Notes: generated from the letters alone by a model not told the origin. Positions 12,212-26,017 are shown, counted from the first letter of the stretch. The stretch: DNA of 64,000 bases from Ramazzottius varieornatus (GCA_001949185.1 BDGG01000002.1:8112448-8176447), one strand, 5' to 3'. Numbers and translations: made by a program.

Positions 12212-13340
12212 TCCTCTAGCTCCAATTTGCCCTAAGCGTAGCTCCGAAGAACCTTGAAGCATAAGAACTCTTTCCCCTAACAACTTCATACTCGAATAGC
12301 ACATTCCCCTGAAATATGTCCTTATTCCTGAAGAGCCACGGCTGCGAACAGTTAGTCTTCAACGAACAATTTTCCCTAAAACTCTTTGCTGTCTCTTGCT
12401 TTCCCCTAAAACTCTTTGCTCGCACTCGAGGACACAGCTTCTCTATCCCTTGCCAGCAACAGTTCCATTATGGTGAAGTTCATCAAGCCATCGAGAGGAG
12501 GGAATGTTGCTGTACATGAAAGCTACACCTACACTAAAAACCGGAATTTGCCTCATGGGCAAACCTACTGGAAGTTGTAGAAAGAAGGAGAGTCATGGCT
12601 GCAAGGGAGCGATCATTCTGGACTCGCTCAACATCGTCCTGTCTTCTGCCGAACATAACCACGTGGCCAACGCGAACGAAACAATAGCGGAAGATGCCAA
12701 AGCTGCCTTACGGGAACGCGCCAGAAAGAGCTTGACCAACCTCGACGTTTGCTCAGCGACCTGGTTCAGGAGACGTTTGGATGAGACGTTTCAGAGTGCG
12801 CCGAAGCTGTTGTGTACCACTTGTACACAATCCACGCTGACCACTTCGGCGGAGTATTTCCGATGCTGTTCGCTTGATTGCCAAATAAGAACAGCGCCAT
12901 CTACGAAAGGCTCTTCCGTGGAATTCGCGACGAACTGGAGGCCATGGCATTCCGCTTTGACTTGGATGAAGGACCGAAGCCGAAGAATATTGTGAAGGAG
13001 TGTGGAGAACCTCCAATAATGCTGTAGCCTGGCATGGCGCGTTTGGGAACCACATGGCTTGCGCCCACTCAGGAATCTACAAGTTCCTTGATGAGCTTGC
13101 TAAGAACGTTAGGAGTTTAATGCCCAATTTCCCGTAGTCGAAAGAGCTCTTCGGAGAACGAGCCTTTCAGACGCGAGGTTCTTCGGGACCGCGGTTGTTC
13201 GACAACTAGGTGCTTAGGGGAAAGTGTCCTTCGGGGCAGTCTTGGGTTTTTCGAGGAAAGAGTTCCTCGCGGCTGCGGCTGCGGCTGTTAGGCCCGCGAG
13301 TTAGGAGAACGAGTGTGTTAGGAGAAAGTGTCATTAGAGG
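12212..13340 (+). mobile_element. Internally deleted Mutator-like (MULE) element with FLYWCH zinc finger and MULE transposase remnants
   Basis: From ATG 12470: MVKFIKPSRGGNVAVHESYTY...YWK, frameshift, CRKKESHGCKG...HNH (FLYWCH). Then DETFQSAPKL...LYTIHA, LPNK...YERLF and RTSNNAVAWHGAF....HSGIYKFLDEL, all MULE motifs. Subterminal TTCCCCTAA (left) and TTAGGGGAA (right) repeats. Ends are approximate. Confidence 0.8.
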
Positions 13341-14541
13341 TCCAGGGCGAGCACATCAAACTGCAACTCTGCAACAGTCGGCTTGCCAAATGCGCAGCTG
13401 ATCATACAGCGTGCTATGAGCTTCTTTGTGAGCTGGCATTCGTTTCGATAATAACTTCCAGTTCCCTGCTCGGAAGCTCTATTGTTTCATCCATTGTTTT
13501 GGTTATTTATGGTAGCCAGCAAAATCTTGGCACAAGTTGGCAGTGCCTTTTTGATTTCAAAGCAGACACTGCGGACAAAAAGCGACCCATATTCAACGTG
13601 GTCCAAACTTCACTGATAACAGCCATTCACCCTTCACAAAAACCTTCATAACTCGACTATCCGATCAGCCTGGACTTTGTACACAAAGGAGTCCTGATGA
13701 GTTACTGTACACGAAAGACTGCATCAGCCGTTTAAGCTAGAACCAAATTACCCCTGATGAAGAAACTGATTCCTGAGCAGTTTTGTTCCAAGACCAAAAA
13801 GATCAGTCAAATGATTTTCAGACACAAATTTTAAATTGTCATTCCATTAAAATACGGAAACTTGTTTGAGATGTTTTGGTGGCGGCTCGATCGTTTAGTT
13901 GGATATCATGATGAGCGCATGGGAAAAGTGTATGTGGTTTTCGAAAAAACACCTGAAAACTGTTGCGCTCCTTCTCACAGTACACTGGAATCTTTGCTTC
14001 GCGCTACAAATCGAGTTACAGAGACAAAAGCGTTGTGTAGGTATCAGCACAGTTCACTTCCCTCGCAGGGGAGTGAACTTTGGTATCAGCAACTAGTGGT
14101 CGCGCGCCAGAGGGAAACAAAGGAGAAGACAATCGTTTGCGTAGCTAAACTTTAGGCGAAGGCTGTATGCCCCTCCTTCTGGGTACTATTAGCCATCAAC
14201 TATCAGGGGTCTCGGTATGACTTATCCGTTTTTGGGGGGTTGCTTTCAAATCTTCCTTCTGACTTGCCGTTGAACTTTCTGATCTCAAAATATAGTCGAG
14301 AGTATATACAGGCTTTCCTTGTTTTTTCACACATAAGCGAATACTATACGATCAGACTGGGAAGTTAGAGCTGGGGCAGAAAAACTTGCAGAAACTTTTC
14401 GCTTGCACCTCTTTCACTATCAGGTGTGGAAGTCCTAATTTATATATACCATAATTATTCATCATTCCTGTGTAAGGGGTTATCGAAACTGCTTCGCATG
14501 GGTGCAGGAATTTATTTCCTCGGGCAACTTAATGCCGTAAA

Positions 14542-15961
14542 TTAGCGGGCTAACGTCCGGCGCGGAGCGTCTAATGAGCCAAAAGAAGCCAGGAGAGAGG
14601 AGGAAACAGCAGATGAGAATTCCTGCCGGAGGTTTTGATCACGCGAAATGTACTGCTGGAAGCAAGAGCTTTTCCAGGGACCTTGTGCTTTTATATGGTC
14701 ACTACCAAGACCAAGCGAGGAAGCAAACGTTGCTGCACTGCGACGAAAGGAATGGATGGACAGTTTGGAGGACTCGATTCTCGCTGACGTCAGTACCTCT
14801 TTCAGGAGACGGGTGAACAAGTTAGGGTCGAGGAATCGCTGTTTATTGTCGTGATCTCTGCAGGAAAAGAGTGCATCGGAAGAGTGCTTGTGATTTGTTG
14901 TTGCGATCGAATCCCGGATCGCCACCACTGGACATAACGGTTAGCCCGGTATAGCGTCGATTGCGAGGTGGAAATGGTTTTCAGCGAACCCATCTGTTTT
15001 GAGTTGCGCCACTCTTACGGTCAGATGTCCAGCGTAGATCTCGATGTTCGAGAGTTTAAGGTACTTCATGTTGCGTGGACTTCTGAATAAGTTTGAACAG
15101 CGAAGAAGGGAAAAGAAGGCAAGCAGACAGCCAGACCAAAAGGCTTTGCGGTAAACAGAAGTAATCACGTAGATGTTAGTGTGAATGGAAATGAGATGGT
15201 GAGGTAAGATGGGACTCCGCTTGTTGGGAAGCTCTACCCGGAAGCGTTTCAAGCCGGCCAATGCCTGTCAAACGGAAAAGTGCGTGAGATCCGGAGCATC
15301 CATATTGTGGTCATAATGTAGGGAAGCCAAGCTCGCAACGTAATTATAAATGGAGGAATATTCCAGTCTGTCGGAGAGAGAGGCTATGAAGTGGCAAAAT
15401 GTTGAGGATGAGGCAGGCAACGGCGGGAGTTTGTGCGCCGAACAGAAGGTGAGGTATGCCTTCCACTTCGATGACGTAGTACACTTGCTTGTGTCGGTCA
15501 CGGCAGCGTTCCGTAAAGTGTAGAACACCAACTTGAGCCAGGAAGGAATCATGCATAGTGGGGCTTTCTACCCAGTTCGACCACATATCCTTGTCGAGTG
15601 GTTTCTGTCCGGAGATCCAACTTCCGGTCAACCATAGGCCTGTGCAACTGGTGGCTCCGAAACCTGAGAAGAAAGCATCTGTGCTGATCCTGTAGACCCG
15701 TCGAGCACTGCCGAACTTGTAAGGGCAAAGTCCATTAAAGAGAGGCGCAATTTCGGACCACCACTGAAGCTCATTGCGTAGAACCGCAGAGATGCGTAGC
15801 CGGTGTGTGTCCTCTTTCAAAGGGCTCATTCCGTCAAGGAAGATACGAGTGAATGTTCGCGCGCCGTGTACTGCTCTACCGGCAAATGTTAGGTGCCCGC
15901 AAAATACTTCCAGTTCAGCTCTGGTAGCTTTGCGTCGTGTGGACATGTCCAGAGCTCGCAT
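14542..15961 (-). mobile_element. Degenerate DIRS/Ngaro-like tyrosine-recombinase retrotransposon (RT/RNase H remnant plus tyrosine recombinase)
   Basis: ORF 15344-15961 has ELEVFCGHLTF...ELQWW...ISTDA..SGFGA (DIRS RT-RNase H junction). The YR is read in one frame through stops at 15268-15270 and 14941-14943: WKAYLTFC...SIYNYVASL, FFSLLRCSNL (catalytic R), HSFRRSAAT (HxxR), GPWKSSCFQQY (W, Y). Confidence 0.85.
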
Positions 15962-16754
15962 AATCTTATCCGTTATCTTTTGGTTTTCTGTCCGGACTAG
16001 TTCTAGAAGATGGCTGAACCAAAAAAATTAGGAATTTACAACCGTATAGTACTGATCTCAACAGGATTGGTGGCGGATCGCTTTCTTTACTTTCTCCTTT
16101 TTAAATTTTCTGTCAATTCTTACTCAATTTTTCATATTCTCTGGCTGTTATGCACAGTCACCAAGCAATTTTTTTGCATCATATCAGTTTCAGTTTCAGT
16201 TTCAAGTATCCAGTTCTCATATCAGTCCATTGGATATTTCGTTTATACTGACAAATCTTGTGTGGTAAATGCGATGGGAAAATGTAAAATAACTGGAGTG
16301 AGGAAAAAGCCGAAAGCTTGCAAAGCGATTTCAGTGATATGCACAGTTCTGGTGGGATCCCATTGCACAAGTCCATATTTTGGAACATCGCAGAAGACTG
16401 AATTTTAAGTGATGTTTCTTGTAACAAAACATTTCTTATCGCAGAGACTAGTCTCAGTTTTTCAGTCTATCTGGATTTCTATTCCGTCTAAATCCGTTTC
16501 AGTCTTTTCAATATCAGTGTTAGTCCTGCTATGCCAGTTTCAGTTTGATGGACCTGCAGTCTGAGTCATTGACATTTTATAAAACTTTCAGTGACATTTC
16601 ATGGAAATTTCAGAAATTTCAGCTTGAAATGTCGTCGAACAATATCACAGAGAACCTTTGTTCAGTCTGAGCAAGCCATGCTCCGTATTATAGGCGAACG
16701 TCCGGATCGGGGTATCGATGGCTATGTGCCGGATCAGGGGTTTCCTAGTTGTTC

Positions 16755-16840
16755 TATTAATAGGGGTGTCTGTAGCAAATCAGAAGTAAAACAGGGTTTC
16801 GAAACTTCCGATAGGGCTGCCTATAGCTAAACGGGGTTTT
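16755..16840 (+). repeat. Dispersed repeat, copy A (copy B at ~27100-27180)
   Basis: TATTAA(T/C)AGGGGTGTCTG(T/C)AGCAAATCAGAAGTAAAACAGGG occurs at both sites. Confidence 0.75.
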
Positions 16841-19800
16841 GTCTATACGACGTAAACTCCACAATTCGGGCGGGTCAGTTTTCCCCTCATAATTTGGGCG
16901 GCGCGAAAAGCTGATACGTTATACACTATGCTGTATTGATTGATCATCGTACATCCGTTAATATAACTCTAGGCTTTTCAACATTCAGCAGACCCCTCTT
17001 CCTTCCGCCGCTGGCTCCTCAGTTCTGTGACGAGGCTTATCACGAGAGATAGAAAAGTGTCTGTTCTACACCATGCCCAAGCCAACTTGCTACCACCTGG
17101 AATTTCGACGAGGACAAATTCAGAATGCTATATTCTCGTTCGTGCTTCACCGATCTCCATACAACTTTTCAAGCTGATTCGACTGAGCTATGATTCGTTC
17201 AGTTATGGTGACAAGCTGTTCGAAAAACGTGACTAGTATGACATACCGCCAGGGGGTCAACCGCAGTCGACAAAATTCCATGAAAATTCGAAGAATCGAG
17301 AAAGACCAGAAAAGGTTCAAGAGAACTTGGCAAGCAATTGAAACCCGCCAAATGTGGCCGTTTTGCCGGCACAATTCGGCAAAATTTCTGTCAACCTGTA
17401 AATTCAGGAGCAATAAAATTTACAAGATTCTCCCTTCCATAACTCATCATTTTTACTTCACTTTCCACTTCCGCATTTCCTTCCGCACTTAAACTACTAC
17501 TTCCTAAGTCCTAATCACAGATTAAAACCAACTATCAGGTCGGGTCGATATGACTTTACGTTTTTCGAAGTACAACTTTGAAATCTCTGTACAAGATCGG
17601 AATTACAATCTGGGTTCCTTTCTGTAGCATAGGGCACGCTACGGTCTTTTGAACGCTCGCGCTCTCACTTAATTTCCAGGAACGGTAGTAGTTACTTTCG
17701 TTTCTTGAAAATTCTGACACCGTCTACAAGAAAACGTTTTTCGGCCCACTAAACCAGTAGAAATCGTACAGAAAGTAAACAACAACAGCTTCAAGGCCGT
17801 GCTATCAAATAGCTATCAAATTTGGCTGAAAATATAGCCAGGTTGAGGTTCAGTACTTCAACAAGCACAAACTGATGAAACAAATAACAGTACCTTACAT
17901 TCCTCGAGAGAGCGGAACTTCTGGAACTTTGAATTTTAAAAAATGGATACCTTGGTGTATCATAGAAAAGCGCTTTTACTCGCTCTCATCGATCAAGCGA
18001 GGAAAAGTAGCGAAAAAGGTGTCACCCTGATTAACTCGGGGTGACACCTCTTTAGTACGCCGGAAAGTGCGACGTACCAGCCGGTATTTTGATAAATTTG
18101 TTTTTCAAAGTTTACTGGCTTTAGTTTGTAGCCTAAGCTATGTGGTACAGTACAGAGACCGGTTTTCGAGAAAGAAGGAACCATCAATAAGAGTGGCTGC
18201 AACTTCCCCGCATCACATATTAATTTTGGGAAAAGTTTGAGGAAGTTCGGCTCGCTAGACCAGGAGCTTGTCGGGACAACCACCGCACTGAACCATCACA
18301 AGTTTTATGGAGTTGAAAAAGGCCGAATAATTTAGAAAATTTAGAAACTCAGAAAACGGGCTCCGTCTGCAACTTCGCCGCTTCACATACTAATTTCAAG
18401 AAAAGTTTGGTTCGCTAATCTTGGAAAACTTGAGTGGACAGCGGATTTAAATCTTGACGGTATATGTAACATAGGATTAGCTGGTGTTCCAGCAGTCTTT
18501 TCAAGGTCGTTATTGCACACTAATTTCCACTTTCTACGAGCCATTCTGAAATTGCGCAACTCATGCTGAGTTTTTTTTTAAAAGCTCAGCTTTACACGTG
18601 ATAGATCAAATCTTCTCTACAAACTTTGCCTAGTGATAACACCGACATTAACCACAATTTCCGCGGAAATATAAAATAGAAATATTAAAAACAGATCAGT
18701 GACGTAAGAATCTAGAAAACTGTTTCCGTCATGCACCTCTCCAACAGTACCTCACACAAAAGAAAAATTGGAAGAAAAACGGTTGGCTGGATAACCCACA
18801 GTTGCGATCCCAAAAATCTAAAGATAACAGTGTATGTAACTTAGGATCAGTACGTTTTCCTTGCTTGAGGAGCGAAACTAAAGAGTTACCACAGCAGGCC
18901 GGCTTATCTGACCTCCAGTCCACCAGAAGAGCATATTTCCTACGCGACAGATCTCACGGCAGAGGAAAATCAGACCACTAGTATATGTATCGGAATCTTC
19001 GTCAAAGGTTGTCCTAGTGGCATGTTTTTAAATGAGTTGGTGAATTTGAAGTTACGTGATGTGCGATATCTCGCTTCAGGAGGACTTTTGTCCCAGAATA
19101 TTTGTGGCTCATTCGAAAGAGCGTGTCAAGTTGAGTAGAATGGAGTTGGTTCTTTGATGTTCCAAGAAATTAATTTTATTCCCGACTTTCCTGGGAGGGT
19201 TAGAGGTAGATAGAGGTAAACAGAGGTAAATTTTCCTCCAGAAACCCTTCAAAAAAGGTCGGGACGGACGCAGGAGTAGGCTTGCAGACCAATTCAGGGT
19301 GGAAAACAAAATATCCCATATCAGAATTTCCCGCACTGATTGTCTGATGTTCCAAACGCTTGATCTTTGGAAACCAAACGCTGAAAACTGAAAGTTACTT
19401 AACACTGATGTTTGTAGCCCTGGGATGGATTCCAACAAGCCGAAGAGCAGAGCGAAGAGAGGCAGTTCTAACGCATTCGCTCTGAAAACTGCAGTTCCAG
19501 CCGTTCGTACTTTCGCAATAAACAACAAGTTCCCGGCGAAATTTCACGCTGTTTGATCCTGAATGACGCTTTTTTGTACCACAAGAGTGATTTTAGTGGT
19601 TTTTACCTTTCTGCGACCTGCTCACAGCAAGCAGTGTTGTAAAATGATGTTTTGTTCGCATTTCTTGAAATATGAGGGGACGAACGGGCCTCTGTAAACG
19701 CGAGACGCTTTTGCTCTGTAACAAATGAAATATACAGACTGATCTCGTCGGTCCATAGAGCAGTTCCGTAGTCAGAGTCGAAAACATGACTTATTGCCGT

Positions 19801-20356
19801 TCCTGGAGAAATCTACATGGAGTGGCAGTGTCATAAAACTCAGTCCAACAAGGTGTAATTAGCAAAATCAACCATCAGGTGGTTATGTGGTATTCAAGTT
19901 CTCGCCACTTTCGCTTCATGCAGTTATTTCGTCCAGGAGCGACAAGCGGTTTAGTTTTCGGCTTTAAATATAGATAAGAATCACTTATGATCATCTGAGT
20001 CATTGGCTTGTGAATCAGAGCACATCGATAAAGCGGAAGATTTTCTAACGAGTTTTTCATTCTCAAAAGGTCACAACGGGTCAAGTGAGTGGATTACTTG
20101 ACACGTTCTGGCTTCTCATTCCACTCTGATTGTTGAGTTCGATAGTGGCCTTTCTGGGTCACCTCGAAGTGAACTTTACCAGCTGCGTGTAAATAGCGAC
20201 ATAGGTTTCTAAGCGATAATGTCAGGTAGCATAAAGCCCTAGAATGCTGAGAAAAATACAAAAGAGATTGAAATCCGCACCAGACTAATAAAAAACTGTC
20301 AATGGGTACGTTTACTTTCCATATGTTGTTATTTGGGCAAAATTTGAAAAATATCT

Positions 20357-20420
20357 AGCCAGTGGTTTCTGAGAACATTCGCGAACGAGAATGCAGGACT
20401 TAACATTAGTTATAATTTAG
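20357..20420 (+). repeat. Dispersed repeat, copy A (copy B at ~29391-29453)
   Basis: GGTTTCTGAGAAC...AGGACTTAACATTAGTTATAATTTAGAT is shared in direct orientation. Confidence 0.75.
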
Positions 20421-22248
20421 ATGCGCCTGCTGATGATCGAGAAAACTTCGAGCCCGCCATGACTTCGTTTCTTTGGTACTTGGCGCTGAGGCTCGTTGCA
20501 GTAGGCTGGGATGGTGACGACCTTGTCAAGGATGCAAAACTTCCGCAGTATTCCGCATCTTGATTAGCACCATGTAGACAATCTTTCCATGGAGACGCTG
20601 TAAGTGTCATCCTTGTAGTCGAGTTGAACGCTGGGTCAATATGGGCGCTAGAATTTGTCCACACGACGGTGTCCCAGTCGCCTCTTGCGCCTGGTGGTCG
20701 TTTCATCAGCAATCCTTTAAGCACCAGTCACAACTGGGTTCAGATCAGAGTGCAATACAGAGGATCAGGCGTACAATGGCAAGGTTTTCTAGCTCAGAAA
20801 GATCAATTCAAGAAAATCAGAACGAAAACGCACCTTAACACCCTGCATACCAAGCTTTTTGTGTCGGCAGATTACCAGCGTACTCATTGTGAGCACAGAA
20901 CTTCAACTGAAGGAAAAGGGAAGGCGTAATCCAAATTGGCCAACAGACAACTTTCAGAATTTCGAAACTGTGGAGACTGGCAGGCCGTAAAGGCCAACTT
21001 GGGAAAATTAGCCCTGACCGTTTTGATTTTTTTCTGGACGCACCGATGACACCAAGTTTTTCCCAAGCCTGGTATCGGTAGAGGAAGCTCTCCTTAGTGT
21101 TTCAATTTTTTTATAAACAGATGGTAAGTATGTATCTCGAGCAAAGACATGAAAGCTAGAATACCCCCGAAACTGCCCGAATCGTAAGGATTTTTTCCAG
21201 CCTGCGAAAGTTGGTCATCAGCTGCGTTTCGGTGTAAGACCGCAGACCAGGCAAAGAAAAAGGTTTGATTCAAACCGGGCAAAAATGTACTCACAGTGAG
21301 TACGGTGGTAATCAGGGTGTTAACAATACTTCTGCCTCACGGCGCATGTCTCGCAATACGCTTCTAGGTACCAGGCGAAAAAACTTGAAACCGGGATACG
21401 GAAAAGAAAATACTGTAACTTGAATCAGTCTCGTACGAAAGCTTCTGTCCCAGCCGTAAAGGTTGCCGATGGTTGCCGATCTGTCACAGGAAAAAGATTA
21501 TTGGGTCTAGGGAGGACTTTTCGGATAAATTTTTCTGAGATAGGGGACGTCATAATTGCACAGCTTTGATGTTAAGAGATAACCAGCGAGCCATGGTATT
21601 AAAATCACTCAGGTACTGTCAGAAAAGAAAAAACTGAACGGGAGCAGCGGAAGAACGAGAATTTTTCCGAGAACGAAAACCAGCAGACGGACCACTTGGC
21701 TGCGACGGACTGTAGAATGGAATTTAAAACACCGGCTGATCGGACCAAAGGGCAATAGAGTGAGCTGGAATGGTTTCGGATATAAAAAACAAATCATTTC
21801 GGACCTGGTACTCTTCTTGTATGGGTGTAAGCACATGTCCAAGGAAATAAAGTTGTTGGTTTTAATGAGAGACACCTGGTCAAATACGATCAGTTTTGGT
21901 CAGCCATAGCCAACGACAAACCAGTGGTCACCCTTTTTTCTCACCACTTGCCCTGTAGCATAGGTAAACAACCCTAGGGAACGATCCACGCGAATTGATT
22001 TTACATGAACTATCGTGGCTGGCCATAATCTGTTGCACCTTTGGTTGCCTAAACACCAAACGACCTTCGGTATATGGCCACGACAGCTAGCCAGGTAGAA
22101 CGCTGCCCGGACGGCATCTTCTTTATGGGGACGATATCCCTTTTCCGCCTCAACCTCCATATTCCTGACTGCATGAGACTAGTCTTCAAGTTTTGAGTTA
22201 CTGCGAAGTGTGTTTTGGTTCGTGCTGCTATACGGAGCAACAAGGCAA

Positions 22249-22309
22249 GCGTTCCAAGCAGAAACCGTCAGCCAAGCAGAAACCGGCGTTCCAAGCAGAA
22301 ACCGTCAGC
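22249..22309. repeat. Short tandem repeat with three CAAGCAGAAACCG cores
   Basis: GCGTTCCAAGCAGAAACCGTCAGC occurs at 22249 and 22286, with a partial unit between. Confidence 0.8.
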
Positions 22310-23005
22310 GACACCATCAGCGCGTGAAACAAACCGAGCGGACTACAGAGACTGAGACAGTTGTTTGAGAAGGAATGCACTTTTACAATGTCCACAACGT
22401 TTTCACGTACTGTAAGGGGACGTTACGCGGCATATGCTTTTATTGACATACTACCTTCCTAAACTAATGATTTCTTGATCGTACTACGACCACGCTGCGC
22501 GAGTTTTGTCCTGCAGTACAGTGCGCCCTGTGCACCGTTCGTCAGATTGCGTTGGCGAGTTCATGCAATGCTAGAGACGGAGACAGAGCATCACTGAACG
22601 AAGCAGTTTAGAGCAGCAGGGCGGTCCAAACTCAATATGCGGAATCAGTGTAATGTACAAAAACAAATCGAAGTAACACAAAATATTCAAAATGGAATGA
22701 TAGAGTTGATTCGACAAGGCCTGGACAGTGGGATTTTTCAGCACACTTCAGTCAGAGGCAGAATCGTTCGACAGGAATGTTCGCACCTATCTGAATGTTT
22801 TGCTGGCTCTCGTACCTCGTACCTCGTCCTTTTTCGTGTCTGTGCTGGTGCGAGACCCTTGATGAGAAGGCACTTATTGATAATTTCGAGATAGAGTTTT
22901 GAAATCCCGACGAACCATGAAAGGTACCAAGGTGCTGTACGGATCGGTAAGCGCATAGCCGTCGGGTACACACATTGGTGGTTATTCTATGCGGATTTTT
23001 CACTA

Positions 23006-25645
23006 CGAGGTAAAGGTTGTAAACTTAGCCGCCCCATACCGGGTTTGTAAAGTTAGCCACCGCTGCGGTATGTGGGGGCGCACAGGCAGTGCCGTAGTCT
23101 TAAGTCGCGGCATAGCCGATACCGCTTTTTAAAACTGTAGTATAGTAGATACCGCTCCTGCAGTCTGCAGGAGGCCGACATCTCTGTAACTGGACCACCC
23201 ATTACAAAAACATCACCTCGGCTTTATAAAAACATTTAACATGTTAGTCATCACAACACTAGATTTCGACGACGAAATACTCAGGTAATATGAGAGGTGA
23301 AACAGGGGAGCCCGCACTAGATTTACAATTGAAGAACTAGAGCATTCTAGGCTTTTTCGCAGCACGCGTCCGTCTGGTAGGAACACTGTGCGTCACTTCG
23401 TGGGGAACTTCGGCAGGTTCATGGCTCGCTGAGGTTTTTCGCTTTACGGAACGAGACTTTCTGATCCGCGCAGTGTTTGCAGCTTCAGTCACAGCTCCGG
23501 ACATCTCCTGACATTCCTCTTGACTTCCTTTTGCCTTCGGTTTAGCCAGTTGAGCAGCCTTAGCTGCTTTCACAGCAGCACGCTTCGCGGCTTGGGCTGA
23601 CTGGAAAGCGGGCTCGTTGGTCAATTCTCCAGCGTCAAGGTTGAGGTGCTCGTTCTTTTCTCGGCGGACTTTCTTTGGTGCTGCGCTGAACAGCGATGCC
23701 TGGAGGGAAGCGGTCAGTACGGCGCCCGGCGTTACTCCTTGTTGCTTCAGTTTGATGAAATCTAGAATACCTTCTCTGTCTTTCTGTCCAGCAATGTCGA
23801 GCTCGTCCTTCAGCGTCTCAGTTAAACTATCAAAGATGGACTGATAGTTTTTCGAAGGGGGTTCCGCTATACTGACAGGACTTTCAGGGCAATGTCGAGT
23901 CTTCACAGTGCCGCGAGTTACTTCTGGACTAAACGGGAAGAGCCCAGATTTTCGAAATCCGGATATGAGATTCGGGCCCACGTTGAAAGCGTGTTGCGGA
24001 GGACAGTCTTCGGTATGAAACCACAGCTTGACAAGATGAGAAAGCAGATTATCTTTCGTCACCTAGAACGGACACAACTTTTCTCACTAGTCCTCCTGGC
24101 ATGTTATGGCGGCATCGAAGATATTCTCCCCAAGCTCTTTTGACTTGTCCAAAGACGGATGTATCGAAGGGCTGAAGGTGGCCAGTCTGTCCAGCAGGCA
24201 GAGCGAACACATAGACGATTTTGCCGGTTTCCGCCTCAAACTCAGTGATATACTTCATCAGAGTGAAGTTGTTGACGTGCGAGAAATGTCCGTCCACGAA
24301 AATTACATTCTACGATACAATACGCATGACGTCATGACTCCAACCCTTCCAGGATCACAGAAATCAGACCACACGGCGTAATGACATAGTGCGCAACTTG
24401 ACTGGGTAGATAGTGCTTACCTTTGTTTTGGTCATTGCGGGAAAAACCACCATCTTGAGGTAATTGGCGAAGTGCAGTTGGTCCTTGGTCCCAGTAGCGT
24501 TCACTCCTTGATAGCAGTGACCACCAGTACCATCCAGTCGAGAACGGACGTGCAGTTTTCCGGAGAAGAGAGCCATAAACGGAAGCTGGAGTCCGGCCGC
24601 ATTACCACAGGGTAAAATGGTAACCAACTCTTTCTCCGTTCCGTCAAATTGAGAGTAGATCTGCCTCATCCCCTTTCGTCCAACCACCCTGTCGAAAATC
24701 TCCGCTGTGTTGAAGGCTGACTCATCCAAATTCCACACCTGTTCTGGCTCCTCGAGGAATCCTCTATCGTAGAGGAACTCAGTCAGCTTGCTGATGTACT
24801 TCTCCGCCAGTTCATGTGTCCATTCTCGGTCCTTCTTTCGATTGCTTGCGTGGGTTATCCGCATGGATAAATTTGGATGTCGCTTGAGGAAACGGCGGAA
24901 GTGCTGGTTGTTGAAGGCTTTGTACTTAAGACCTGTAAACGCAACGGGAATCCTAAAATATTTAAGTAAGATGGAAAACAGACTCTCGATAGATTTTACT
25001 CGCTTACCAAGTCGAATGTTGCGGCACAATGCTGTCGGTTCAGAGGGATTCCCGTGTCGGAGCAACTCAGCAAGAAGTCTGCTGGAGCTTCTTCATGAGG
25101 AGGAATTTTCGGCTGCCGTCCACGACTTCCGGTGTGTCGATCATTCAGCCGATTACTGAGTGTGCGACGATTAACTCCATACATCTCGGCTAATTTCCGC
25201 CCGCTCCACTTCATCTCCTCCACCGCATGCGCCGCTGCTTCCATGGTTAGTTGAGCGTGAGCTTCTGCTGCCGTCTTAAGCTTAGGCGATGCCATTTTTT
25301 ATTCACGATGAACAAACCAGAAAATACTGCAGTAAGAATTTGGCCTTGTCGTATGAAATGAAATTACGTTGTCGATTAAATCTACGTCGCAAGTGCCTCT
25401 ACCGACCTGGATTTCGTTTCCGGTCCAGGCTCTTTAACATAGGACTTCATCGTTCTCTCAGTTGGGTATCTTCCTGGCTTCTCGATCCCTTACGTTGATC
25501 ACAACTAGCACCATTCGACAGCCTATCATTTTATCTACCGTTTTATCTACAAACATTCGGGAACAAGTGTCACAAAACGAGCGAATTCCAACGGCTAACT
25601 TTACAAACCCGGTATGGGGTGGCTAAGTTTACAACCTTTCCCTCG
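23006..25645 (-). mobile_element. Full-length pogo/Fot1/Tigger-type DNA transposon, 2640 bp, 53-bp TIRs, TA TSD
   Basis: TIR CGAGG(T/G)AAAGGTTGTAAACTTAGCC(G/A)CCCCATACCGGGTTTGTAAAGTTAGCC at 23006-23058 and 25593-25645 (2 mismatches). TA at 23004-23005 and 25646-25647. Confidence 0.92.
23337..25295 (-). pseudogene. pogo-type DDE_1 transposase, frameshifted, with one spliceosomal intron (24420-24310)
   Basis: psq-type HTH (SGRKLAEMYGVNRRTL), CENP-B-type HTH (FRRFLKRHPNLS), and the triad VWNLDES / VDGHFSH / LQPFD. The intron GTAAGC...TCGTAG joins ...TKTK|NVIFVDGH in frame. At least two frameshifts (~25000-25080, ~24060). Confidence 0.88.
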
Positions 25646-25666
25646 TAACCATAAAAGCTGTCCACA

Positions 25667-26017
25667 GTCACGCTCATTGGTCATCGCCACCCTCATGTTC
25701 TTCCTTTGGCTGCATGTATCTTGTGATCCTATTGACCGACTTCACTGACTTGACCGATGATACTTAGTATACACCTTGAACTTTCTGATCAGGTGACGTG
25801 TGGATCGTCTGCTCGATCAACCAACCGCTACGCTTGGCTGGTTGGAGCAACGAAATACTATCATTTTCGACAGCCTATCTCCCGTTACGTGACAGCCTTA
25901 TGAGGAAACCTAAACGGCCAAAAGATAGCCCAAACATCATTGAATAAACAGCAGTAAAAGAGACTTCCCGAAAAATTTCCCTACGAAATTTCCGCATATG
26001 GGTGCTACCGCCCACTT
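25667..26017. repeat. Long inverted repeat, left arm (351 bp)
   Basis: Reverse complement of 29651-30001, with one mismatch seen (GGTGCTACC vs GGTGCCACC). Confidence 0.92.

Noticed and set aside
14542-15552. Phage integrase or horizontally acquired bacterial recombinase
   Set aside because: The overlap with a DIRS-type RT/RNase H ORF identifies it as a retrotransposon tyrosine recombinase.
20410-20724. 104-aa minus-strand ORF in the repeat-rich region
   Set aside because: No recognisable domain, splice partners or true ATG context.
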